This document shows, in pieces, positions 27,046-35,072 of a stretch of 36,498 nt of DNA; the stretch's first letter is position 1; the number at the start of each line of letters is the position of its first letter. Position numbers and translations under genes: made by a program. The stretch is taken from positions 1 through 36,498 of IMG/VR virus record IMGVR_UViG_3300045912_000206; one strand, written 5' to 3'. Below the pieces are notes generated by a model. That model was not told the origin of the DNA and ran no database searches. It was given only the letters and a program-made list of their open reading frames with translations. This DNA is from a virus. Taxonomy: Duplodnaviria; Caudoviricetes.

Positions 27046-27503
27046 ACGATTCCCTGCAACCAAAAGACACCAACCCCAAGGACGCCATCGGTGCGACCAA
27101 GCTGCCGATGCACCTCGTACCCTCGTCCGTGATGACCTATGCCTCGCTTGCGTTTCTCGAGGGCGCACTGAAGTACGGCAAGTACAACTGGCGGGTTGCC
27201 GGGGTGCGGGCTTCAATCTACATCGACGCCATGCACCGACATCTGCACAAGTTTCAGAACGGCGAGTGGGCCGACCCCGAGACCAACGTTCCTCATCTCG
27301 CAAGCATCATCGCCTGTGCCGGCATCCTGCTGGACGCCAGAGAATGCGGTAAGCTGACGGACGACAGGCCGCCGGCCGTGGACTATCGCCTTGCCATTGA
27401 CTCGCTGATGCCCGTCATTGAGGACCTGAAGCAGCTCCACAGTGACAGGAACCCCTACCACTACACCATTGAGGACACTGAACGTGAAAAAGCCGACACG
27501 TGA
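27042..27503 (+). CDS. dATP/dGTP diphosphohydrolase domain protein (DUF5664-like)
   Basis: ATG at 27042 after CAGGAG. NPKDAIG..K.P..LVP…GALKYGKYNWR..G…Y.DA..RH…GE..DPE..VPHL…DDRP signature. Confidence 0.82.
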   Translation: MNDSLQPKDTNPKDAIGATKLPMHLVPSSVMTYASLAFLEGALKYGKYNWRVAGVRASIYIDAMHRHLHKFQNGEWADPETNVPHLASIIACAGILLDARECGKLTDDRPPAVDYRLAIDSLMPVIEDLKQLHSDRNPYHYTIEDTEREKADT

Positions 27504-27747
27504 GAGCACCAAGGCGTACTACGACAAGTACCACGGCACGGAGGAGGCGAAGAAGCAGCGCGCCATGCGCAACGCTGCGCGCCGTCAGGCTGAGCGCGAA
27601 GGCAAGGTCAGGAAGGGCGACGGGAAAGAGGTTGACCACAAGAAGGCTCTGAGCAATGGCGGGACCAACGCCAAGAACAACCTGCGGGTCGTAGACCGCT
27701 ACACGAACCGGTCGTACAAGCGCGACAAGAACAACAAGCCGATCTGA
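27484..27747 (+). CDS. HNH endonuclease
   Basis: GDGKEVDHKKALSNGGTN..NNLRVV…NR motif. GTG at 27484 after GAGGA is the likely start. Confidence 0.82.
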   Translation: MKKPTRESTKAYYDKYHGTEEAKKQRAMRNAARRQAEREGKVRKGDGKEVDHKKALSNGGTNAKNNLRVVDRYTNRSYKRDKNNKPI

Positions 27748-27939
27748 CTACTGCAGCCGTTCAGGGACCTGCACGAAATAGCTCACCCCCGTGCCGTCGG
27801 GCCGGGGGACTCCCTCCGCCACGAACATTGCGTAGGGGATGGGGCTGATGATTTCCTCTGCCTCCGTCTGTGACTCGGCCGAAATCTCGACCTCGTAGGT
27901 CTTTCCACCGCGGTGGATCTGAAACAGGTACCAGTTCAT
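27748..27939 (-). CDS. Small hypothetical protein (63 aa)
   Basis: ATG at 27939 with GGAG upstream, just after the primase stop: MNWYLFQIHRGGKTYEVEISAESQTEAEEII…. Confidence 0.6.
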   Translation of the reverse strand: MNWYLFQIHRGGKTYEVEISAESQTEAEEIISPIPYAMFVAEGVPRPDGTGVSYFVQVPERLQ

Positions 27940-27949
27940 GGCACGTCTG

Positions 27950-30808
27950 CTACTCCGTTGACTGATCGGCGTCGTCACCATCTGAGGCGTAGTTTACCTC
28001 GATAAGCCCCATCTGCGGAAGCGCGTACGACGTTCCAGCGCCAAGCACTCCGCGGATCGTCTTGGCGTGCAGCTCCCTGCGCCTCATGTCGGCGATGATG
28101 AGTCGGGCCGACATGTGGAATTGCCGCTCGGCGTAGTCGTTGAACAGCTTGATCGGAAACCTGACGAGACCTTCCTCATCCGAGCGATGAACAGTGACCT
28201 TGTCCGACGGGTTGTTGGGCGGCCGGACAATGCGCGGGTCCCCGCTCTTTCCGCGGCCCCGAAACTTGTCGGTGACCAACACCTCTGACTGATAGAACGT
28301 CAGGAACGACGCAATGATCTCCTCCGGGCTAACAGTCGCAGCTGTGGACACACGCCGCTGCCGCATGCTCGTCAGCACTGCACGCAGCTGCTTGTAGAGC
28401 CTTGGGACGTCGAACTTGCACACATCGGCCTCGTTGGCCAACTGCGCCCCCGCCAGCAGCACTGCCATCGTGCCCACCCAGAACCGCTCGACTGGCAGGG
28501 CGCCGACGTCTTTGGATACCTTGACCTGCATCGCCTCGACCAGCTGCTCGACCTGCTCAAGGTGCGTGACGAGATAGCGAGCGTACTCAACCCCAGCCCA
28601 GCCGTAGCTCTGGTTGAGCGTAGCTACCGCCCGCTGCACCTGCTGACTAGCCTCGACCGAGCACTCCAAGGCGTCGGCCGTGACCTCGAACGTCCGGAGT
28701 ACACCGGCGTCTGAGCCGGAGCCGACCGTGGCCATGGCGTCGAAGATTGAATCGTTGCTGGCGACCACCACCATCGTCTGCCAGTCGTAGACCTCACGCA
28801 GCGACGATGACGAGTCCAGTCGGGACTTCTCTTTGCCCTGTGTGATCTGGAAGGCCAGCTTCTTGAAGCTCTCGATCGTCTTCTCGCCGCGGACCTCGTC
28901 CCAGTAGGCCGGCAGGTTCTGGATGAAGCCGACCTTCTTGGCAACCGACAGCACCGTGTCGTCGACCGAGTTCACTGCCTTGGTAGGCGACCCCCAGACG
29001 GCCTGAGCCGCCCGCATCGCCGTGGTCTTGCCGGCACCGGACTGCGCCGACACGAACGAGAGGATTGACCCCTGCAGCCCTGCAAACCTGAGCAACGGCG
29101 TCGCGAATGCACTTGCCAACATGATCGTGGCGGTAGGAGAGCCATCCTTCAGAAGCATGTCAGCAACGACACGCCAGTCATTCGGGTCGCCGATTGGCGT
29201 GTAGTGCCGGGTCAGGACTTCGAAATCCTTGGTCGGCCTGACCCCCGTCTTCTCCGTGCCGTCACGGTTGAGCGTGATGTTGGCACAGCCGAAGCCAGAA
29301 ATCTTGTTGTTCTCGTCCGTGAGCCAGCCGAGCTGCTCCGAGAGCGTCTCGACTTGCCGGGCCTGCTGCATTTTTTTCAGCCACGTACTCATGAGTTTAA
29401 CGAATGCCTTCGTCTCCTGTTCGTCAATTGGAACCCCTACCCTGAACATCTCCTCGCGCAGCTTCATCGTGTTGCCGAGGGTCGATGACGGTAGCGACAC
29501 CTGCCTGCTGGAATTGTTCCCCAAGTGAGCACGGAACTCGAGTCCGTGGCTGAGCTTGCCGGCGACGCAGACTACCTTGACGTCGTCGATCATGTAGGAC
29601 AAGGCCTTCTGCCACGAGTACTCTTTGGTCTCCTTGTCGTAGACCTTCATCTCCATCGACCGGCCGTCGGCCCCGGGGCGCCACGTCGTCAGCACCACGC
29701 CAGCCTTGGCTGCCGGGCTGTTGGGCGTTACGCTCTCAAGCTGTACCGGCGACTTGATCTTCCCGTAGAAGGGGCACGTGATGCACTTCGCTGAGTGCCA
29801 CTGCTGGAAGGTCTCGCACAAGGTGGGGCCAGACGTGTTCCCCAGCTTGCCCTGCCACTTCCGCTCTGTCGCCTCGTGCTCGTAGTCAGGGTGCCCCTCC
29901 GACACCTTGTGCACCCAGTCCTCGCCGTCCTCGCAGTGCTTCAGCAACTGCAGGGTGGCCGACCACTCGGGCTCGCTCTGGTGCGCGCCCTTGGTCTCGA
30001 CGATCTCCTGCATCACCGCGCATTGCGCGATGATGTTGGCCATGACGCCCTTGGGCGCTGCGGTACCGGTGCCCCCGGTGTACTCGTCTGCGTCGGTAGC
30101 CCCCGGGCGCACATACGAGGGGAGGTCACCGAGTACCGCAGGCCCAAATGGGGCAGTAGCAGACGGAACCACCTGCGCGGCGGTTCGCGCTACCCCGTTC
30201 CCGCTCAGAAGCCTGACGGGCTTCGGGGCCGTGGGATCCTTGAAGTTCGTGGTGAACGGCGGCCGAAGCACCCGACAGCTGTCAGCAGTGCAGACCCCGT
30301 CCGCCCGGAGACCGTGCTGCGCCGCAAGATTCTTGAGCCGGGTCGCCAGCGGCTGCCACTCGGCGACCGGCACGGGCTCGGATAGTGGCCAGTACACGTG
30401 CAGCCCGTTGCCGCTGGCCACGACGATGGTCGGCGGAGGCACGCCAGACGCGTCACAGAACGCGCGCACGGCCTTCAGGGCGGCACCGGGCGAGCCGTAG
30501 CCATCCTTGTAGTCGATGTCCATCCAGAACGCCTTGAGGGCGCTGACGTTGTCCCTGACGCGGACCACCGCCTTGCCGTTGGCGTTCTTGTGGAACCCTT
30601 GCCGGAACCCAGCGAGGGCGAAATAGGCGTCCTCCCCGTTGGCCGCGGCTTTCTGCAGCGCGGCGGCGAGGTCTTCGTGAGTGTCTACAACCGTGTGAGC
30701 AAAGGTAGAGTACGGGCGACCGTCTTGGTCTACCCGCTGTACCTTTCGGGCAGCGACGAGCTTCGCCCCCGACGGCGTGACTGCCCGTAGGAACTCGACT
30801 AGGTTCAT
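27950..30808 (-). CDS. Primase-helicase (AEP/RepB-like primase, PriCT-like, DUF927 P-loop domain)
   Basis: WMDID and SGNGLHVYW primase motifs; EPEW…L..LK.C and C..F…C..CP; Walker A SAQSGAGKTT and a WDE Walker B. Confidence 0.85.
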   Translation of the reverse strand: MNLVEFLRAVTPSGAKLVAARKVQRVDQDGRPYSTFAHTVVDTHEDLAAALQKAAANGEDAYFALAGFRQGFHKNANGKAVVRVRDNVSALKAFWMDIDYKDGYGSPGAALKAVRAFCDASGVPPPTIVVASGNGLHVYWPLSEPVPVAEWQPLATRLKNLAAQHGLRADGVCTADSCRVLRPPFTTNFKDPTAPKPVRLLSGNGVARTAAQVVPSATAPFGPAVLGDLPSYVRPGATDADEYTGGTGTAAPKGVMANIIAQCAVMQEIVETKGAHQSEPEWSATLQLLKHCEDGEDWVHKVSEGHPDYEHEATERKWQGKLGNTSGPTLCETFQQWHSAKCITCPFYGKIKSPVQLESVTPNSPAAKAGVVLTTWRPGADGRSMEMKVYDKETKEYSWQKALSYMIDDVKVVCVAGKLSHGLEFRAHLGNNSSRQVSLPSSTLGNTMKLREEMFRVGVPIDEQETKAFVKLMSTWLKKMQQARQVETLSEQLGWLTDENNKISGFGCANITLNRDGTEKTGVRPTKDFEVLTRHYTPIGDPNDWRVVADMLLKDGSPTATIMLASAFATPLLRFAGLQGSILSFVSAQSGAGKTTAMRAAQAVWGSPTKAVNSVDDTVLSVAKKVGFIQNLPAYWDEVRGEKTIESFKKLAFQITQGKEKSRLDSSSSLREVYDWQTMVVVASNDSIFDAMATVGSGSDAGVLRTFEVTADALECSVEASQQVQRAVATLNQSYGWAGVEYARYLVTHLEQVEQLVEAMQVKVSKDVGALPVERFWVGTMAVLLAGAQLANEADVCKFDVPRLYKQLRAVLTSMRQRRVSTAATVSPEEIIASFLTFYQSEVLVTDKFRGRGKSGDPRIVRPPNNPSDKVTVHRSDEEGLVRFPIKLFNDYAERQFHMSARLIIADMRRRELHAKTIRGVLGAGTSYALPQMGLIEVNYASDGDDADQSTE

Positions 30809-30815
30809 GGGAGAC

Positions 30816-30839
30816 GGGGGAGGGTGTTACCCCTCCCCC
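30816..30839 (-). promoter_or_regulatory. GC-rich hairpin immediately upstream of primase start
   Basis: 9-bp stem GGGGGAGGG / CCCTCCCCC with a 6-nt loop, 7 nt from the ATG at 30808. No U-tract. Confidence 0.6.
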
Positions 30840-30845
30840 TTCCGC

Positions 30846-32006
30846 TCAGAGGCCGAGCAGCTTGTCCACCATGGACCCGATATCGTCGTCGTCCGCGGTC
30901 GGCTTGGCCTTCTTCTTGGGCGGGGGCGGCGCCTCCTCGTCCTCGTCGTCCTCGACAACCGGCGGCGGTGCCGGCTTGGCCTTCTTCTTGGGCGGCGGCG
31001 GCGGGGCCTCCTCGTCCTCGTCGTCCTCTACGTCCGCTTCACGGGCGGCCGCGCGCACCGGCGGTGCAGGGGGAGCGTCGTCCTCGTCTTCCTCGACCTC
31101 CTCATCAACCTCCTCCTCGACCGGAACAGGCTTGGCCTTCTTGGAAGAGGCGGGGGGAGCTGCAGGGGTCGCTTCAGCCCGGCGCCCGGCCGGCGCACCA
31201 GACACTACCTCGCTGCCTGCAGTAGTTCCCCCCGCGCCCTGCTCTGCAGCAGCCCCCTCCTGCGTGAGGATCCGCGCTACCTCGTCGGAGGCGCGCAGCT
31301 GCTCGATGATCTCGTATTCCTCCTCGGTGACGAACCGTACCACCCGGAAGGTGAACTTCGGGAAGGACGCGTCCTTGTCGAACCCGACACGGATCACGAC
31401 CGAATACAGGGGAATACCCTTCGGCTTGAGGATCTTCTCAACGAAGTCCTTCAGCGGGTTCAGGCTGGCAGGCGGCACCCGGAGCATGAACACTTCCGGC
31501 GGGCTGTCGGGTGTCGCGTCAGCCAGATGGTGGGCGAAGGCAACAACCGTGCGACGGCTGTCCTGACAGGCACGCGACTTCTTGCCATCGTCGGTGATGC
31601 GGCTGCCCCAGACGTTATTCGGGCAGGCGGCGCACAGCTCGGACACCGGCTCCGGTACAGTGGAGTCCGGACGCACGCCGTCGGTGGAGTAGCACTTCGG
31701 CGGGCTGTTGTCGCCCTCGACGTACTTCGCTCCGTAGTACAGCTTCGACGGCAGGCGGTTGGCTTTGAGGAACACGATCTCGACCGACGGCATCGCATCG
31801 CCGTTCTCGTCCAAGTACTGCTGCTCATCGCCGCTCTTGCGGACGCGCCACACCTTGCCGCGATAGCTGATGATCCCGAAGCCAGACGACACGCCGTCGG
31901 TGAACTCCGAGAAGTCTTCGGTCTTGGCCCGCGCAATCACGCTGCGCAGGTAGGCCGGCACCTCAGCTGCGGGGGCCAGATTCTTGGGGGCTACGGTCTT
32001 GCTCAC
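30846..32006 (-). CDS. Probable single-stranded DNA-binding protein with long acidic tail
   Basis: 386 aa in the replication cluster. ISYRGK.WR, P.CYS.DG..PD…C..CP.N.WGS…C and LRVPPASL motifs, then an acidic/Pro/Lys low-complexity C-terminus. Confidence 0.65.
   Translation of the reverse strand: MSKTVAPKNLAPAAEVPAYLRSVIARAKTEDFSEFTDGVSSGFGIISYRGKVWRVRKSGDEQQYLDENGDAMPSVEIVFLKANRLPSKLYYGAKYVEGDNSPPKCYSTDGVRPDSTVPEPVSELCAACPNNVWGSRITDDGKKSRACQDSRRTVVAFAHHLADATPDSPPEVFMLRVPPASLNPLKDFVEKILKPKGIPLYSVVIRVGFDKDASFPKFTFRVVRFVTEEEYEIIEQLRASDEVARILTQEGAAAEQGAGGTTAGSEVVSGAPAGRRAEATPAAPPASSKKAKPVPVEEEVDEEVEEDEDDAPPAPPVRAAAREADVEDDEDEEAPPPPPKKKAKPAPPPVVEDDEDEEAPPPPKKKAKPTADDDDIGSMVDKLLGL
30901..31028. 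repeat. Tandem coding repeat, ~72-bp period (EDDEDEEAPPPPKKKAKP)
   Basis: GGCTTGGCCTTCTTCTTGGGCGG…GCCTCCTCGTCCTCGTCGTCCTC begins at 30901 and at 30973, with a partial third copy near 31129. Confidence 0.85.
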
Positions 32007-32381
32007 TTACTTGCTCCTGACACCGATAAGGGTAGTTGAAGTAATCTTCACGCCGGGGACAGTGACGCCGGACTCCGTCAGCTCGCGGACGACCGTCTTG
32101 TTCGCGCGGACGTCCATGATCTCCGGGCCGTACTCTTCGGCGAAAGCGCGGAATGCTTCCTTGTCCTCGACACTGACCGAAGTCTCGACCCGCTTGTAGA
32201 CGGTACCGGACTTCGAGCGTACGCTCTCGCTGCCAAGTTCGTTCAGGTCGGCAAGCAGCTGGTTCTCGAGAACCTCCATCGCTGCGTTGACCTTTTCAAG
32301 GGACTTCTCGAACTCTTCCTTGGCCTGCTTCTTGTGATTGCGAAGCCTGATGTAGGCCTCGATCTTCTCTTGTGTGTTCAT
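32007..32381 (-). CDS. Conserved phage replication-region protein (coiled-coil N-terminus)
   Basis: 124 aa: YI.LR…LE..LL..L…G.ES.R…GTVY…V.D…F…PGV…VR; located between helicase and SSB. Confidence 0.65.
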   Translation of the reverse strand: MNTQEKIEAYIRLRNHKKQAKEEFEKSLEKVNAAMEVLENQLLADLNELGSESVRSKSGTVYKRVETSVSVEDKEAFRAFAEEYGPEIMDVRANKTVVRELTESGVTVPGVKITSTTLIGVRSK

Positions 32382-32388
32382 GCGTGCC

Positions 32389-33924
32389 TCATTCGTCGTT
32401 GAACAGATCCAGTAGGGCGCCTTGTACCGACGCCTTGTTTCTCAGCCGGGCGTAAACCTTACGCTCGACCGGGGTGGAGTACAAGTGAATGATGTACTGC
32501 TTGTGCTTCTGCCCCGGCCGGGTGATTCTAGCACATGCCTGCTCGTAGATTTCAAGTGATGGTACCGGGGAAAACCACACCACGGTGTCGGCCGCGACAA
32601 GTGTCAAACCGTGGCTCATGCACTGCGGGTGGGCCACGATCATGCGGGGCTGCGGGTCCCGGTTGAAGGCCCCGAAGATTTCGTCCCGCTTGGCTTTTGG
32701 CGTCGCCCCCGTCACCAGTGCCACCGACAGCTTCCGGCGGAGCATGTCCTCGTACACCGCCTCTGCCGTGTGCGTGAATGCGCAGAAGACCAGCAGCTTG
32801 TTGGGGGTAGAGTAGTAGTACGTCTGCAGCGCGTCCATCCGGTCCTGACAACCGAGTGCCACCGTCTTCTTGTCACGCGTGTACACAAACCCGCTCGACA
32901 CCTGCAGCAGCTTTGACATCAGCACCCCTTCGTTGGCAGCAGTGACGGTGCCCTCAGCGAACTCCTTGCGCAGTGCTATGTTCAGTTCACGGTACACCTC
33001 CGCCACTCGAGGCGACGGGTCGACCTTGTGGTCGATGTAGGTGGTCGGTGGCAGCTCTATGCAGTCGTCCCGCTTGAACCGGACGGCGGGCTGGAGGGCC
33101 TCGTAGACCCTCTCGATCGCATCGTGCTTGTTGACCCAGCGGAAGGTGGAAACTTTGATCTGGGTCTGGTCGCGGAACGCGTTGAAGTGCTTCGGCACGC
33201 TGTCAGGCGTGACCATCCGCGCCAGTCCCCACGCATCGGTGGCGGCGTTGGGTGCCGGGCTGCCGGTGAGCGCCCAGACGTAGGGCGCGTTGACCACAAG
33301 GGCGTTCATGGCCTTCCACCGCTCGGTGCGCTTGTTCCGGTACACCGAGGCTTCGTCAAGGATGATCACGTCGAACGCCGCGTCGATCAGTTCTTTCTGG
33401 ATGGTCTGCACTCCGTCGTGGTTGATCACGCAGATGGGGGCACCGCTGGCAAGTTTCTGCAGCCGCTTGTCACGCGTTCCGTGCAGCACTGCAACCTCTA
33501 GGTGGGGGAAGAACTCGAACACCTCCCGGTCCCACACCTGTGACAGCGTAGACAGCGGAGCAGCTACCAGCACACGTCTGGCAAGACCTTGCTGCAGCAG
33601 GTAGTCGGCGGCGTAGAGAGCAGCCCGCGTCTTGCCGGTGCCCATCTCCGACAGAATGTAAAGCCGCTTGTTCATCGTCGCAGCGGCGGCCGTCACTCGC
33701 TGAACGCGGAACGGCTTGGGGCCGGGCCACTGGTACTTGCTCATGATTGGCGCCGGCACTACGAACCCTAGGTTGCGGAGCAGGCGCACCGCATCCTCTT
33801 CGTTCGGTACGTGAATGGTGCCGTCGGGCTGTGGGGTGCCGAGCCGCAACGAGCGCAGCATCGGGTGATCCGGCGCGACGATCTTGCCGTCGCGGACCTT
33901 AAGTTTAGAAAAGGAAGTGCTCAC
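32389..33924 (-). CDS. SNF2-like superfamily 2 helicase
   Basis: EMGTGKT (motif I), ILDEAS (II), LTGSP (III), HGLTL and QACARITRPGQ (VI). Confidence 0.9.
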   Translation of the reverse strand: MSTSFSKLKVRDGKIVAPDHPMLRSLRLGTPQPDGTIHVPNEEDAVRLLRNLGFVVPAPIMSKYQWPGPKPFRVQRVTAAAATMNKRLYILSEMGTGKTRAALYAADYLLQQGLARRVLVAAPLSTLSQVWDREVFEFFPHLEVAVLHGTRDKRLQKLASGAPICVINHDGVQTIQKELIDAAFDVIILDEASVYRNKRTERWKAMNALVVNAPYVWALTGSPAPNAATDAWGLARMVTPDSVPKHFNAFRDQTQIKVSTFRWVNKHDAIERVYEALQPAVRFKRDDCIELPPTTYIDHKVDPSPRVAEVYRELNIALRKEFAEGTVTAANEGVLMSKLLQVSSGFVYTRDKKTVALGCQDRMDALQTYYYSTPNKLLVFCAFTHTAEAVYEDMLRRKLSVALVTGATPKAKRDEIFGAFNRDPQPRMIVAHPQCMSHGLTLVAADTVVWFSPVPSLEIYEQACARITRPGQKHKQYIIHLYSTPVERKVYARLRNKASVQGALLDLFNDE

Positions 33925-34210
33925 AGGTGTCCAGCCACATCTTCAGTTCAGCCAGTCCATCGGGGGATCCGTCTACCACGAACACTACCCCGCCAGCCTG
34001 AGCGATGTCGGCCACCGTCAGCGCCTGCCGCTGCGTCAGCTTCTTGCCGGGTGCTTTGGTCTCGATCGCAAAGTACCGGCCGCGGTAGCAGCAGTGAGCA
34101 TCAAGCCCCGACTTGCCGTAGCCGCTCGGCACCGGCCATTCTTGGTACAGGTCTTTGTACGTGGATAGCAAGGCCTTCACCTGTTTCTTGACTTTGCCTT
34201 CAGGGGTCAC
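33905..34210 (-). CDS. VRR-NUC domain nuclease
   Basis: TPEGKVK…G.GKSG.D…GRYFAIETKAPGKKLT.RQ…I..AGG..FVV. Confidence 0.88.
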   Translation of the reverse strand: MTPEGKVKKQVKALLSTYKDLYQEWPVPSGYGKSGLDAHCCYRGRYFAIETKAPGKKLTQRQALTVADIAQAGGVVFVVDGSPDGLAELKMWLDTCEHFLF

Positions 34211-34451
34211 GGGTCAGCCTCCAGCTGCGCAGCATCTTGTTGACCAGTCGTACGTTGGATTCGTGGTCGGCGTTTTCCTGCTTGCGTTTTTCAGTAGCGG
34301 CACGGTACGCAGCAACCTGCGCGGGGCTAAGTACCACCGGCTTGGCAAGTGCCTCTTCGTGCGACATACCTGAGCGCCGGCGTCTCCAGTACGTGCTTGT
34401 CGCCAGTCCGACCTTGGCGCACGCGTCACGAAGAACGGGTTTTCTTGGCAC
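34200..34451 (-). CDS. Small basic putative DNA-binding protein
   Basis: GGAGG RBS. The L..AC..VGL..STY..R.R.G.S.EEAL..P pattern is HTH-like. Confidence 0.6.
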   Translation of the reverse strand: MPRKPVLRDACAKVGLATSTYWRRRRSGMSHEEALAKPVVLSPAQVAAYRAATEKRKQENADHESNVRLVNKMLRSWRLTRDP

Positions 34452-34563
34452 GGGAGCCCCTCCGCTTGCCCAGTACCTCCTGCGCTAGGCCGATCACGAT
34501 CAGGGTCACGACGTAACAGGCACTGAACACAAAGAAGAATGCCAACAGTTCACGCGAGTTCAT
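34426..34563 (-). CDS. 45-aa single-TM membrane protein (not in ORF track)
   Basis: MNSRELLAFFFVFSACYVVTLIVIGLAQEVLGKRRGSRAKKTRSS*. ATGA overlap with the upstream stop and GGAG upstream; it fills the only gap in the operon. Confidence 0.65.
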   Translation of the reverse strand: MNSRELLAFFFVFSACYVVTLIVIGLAQEVLGKRRGSRAKKTRSS

Positions 34564-35072
34564 CGGGTCTTCTCCGTAGTGGGACCAGCAGGCGTAACCC
34601 GTGCTTGGTTATGTGCAGGCGGTACACCTGCGGACTGCGCAACACTGACACGGTCCTGAAATACGCCCGACGTGCGGGGGTCTGAGACAGGCTCGACGGG
34701 TCGCACTTCCGTACGTACTTGATCGTCGAAAAGATCAAGCTGAGAGGGACTGCGCAATGCTCGTACACCAGCCAAGCCGAGGGGGAATCTGTTCTTTGCC
34801 CAGCCGTACGTTTCTTCGATCGCTGCCCGCTCTCGCTGGTGCGCGTGGACCTTGGCGGCGTGTTCCAGTCGTTGCTCCAGCGAGCCGACGACGTCCAGCA
34901 GCTGGCGTATTGTCTCCGCTGCAATGGCGTAAGGCGAAGGGTCAGGATCGGTCGCCTCGAACCGTGCAAGGGTTTCAAGCCATCGGGCGATATCTTCCAC
35001 CGTGAAAAAACCGGGGCTAACCGTGTTGCCCTTGCCTGCCGCTGCGATCGGTCCGGAACTTGGTGCATTCAT
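34560..35072 (-). CDS. Hypothetical protein with QLDLF motif
   Basis: 170 aa, AGGAG RBS, ATGA overlaps at both ends. Confidence 0.65.
   Translation of the reverse strand: MNAPSSGPIAAAGKGNTVSPGFFTVEDIARWLETLARFEATDPDPSPYAIAAETIRQLLDVVGSLEQRLEHAAKVHAHQRERAAIEETYGWAKNRFPLGLAGVRALRSPSQLDLFDDQVRTEVRPVEPVSDPRTSGVFQDRVSVAQSAGVPPAHNQARVTPAGPTTEKTR

Noticed and set aside
30777-32039. Plus-strand 420-aa and 234-aa ORFs opposite the SSB-like gene
   Set aside because: Low-complexity mirror translations of the acidic/Pro/Lys repeat.
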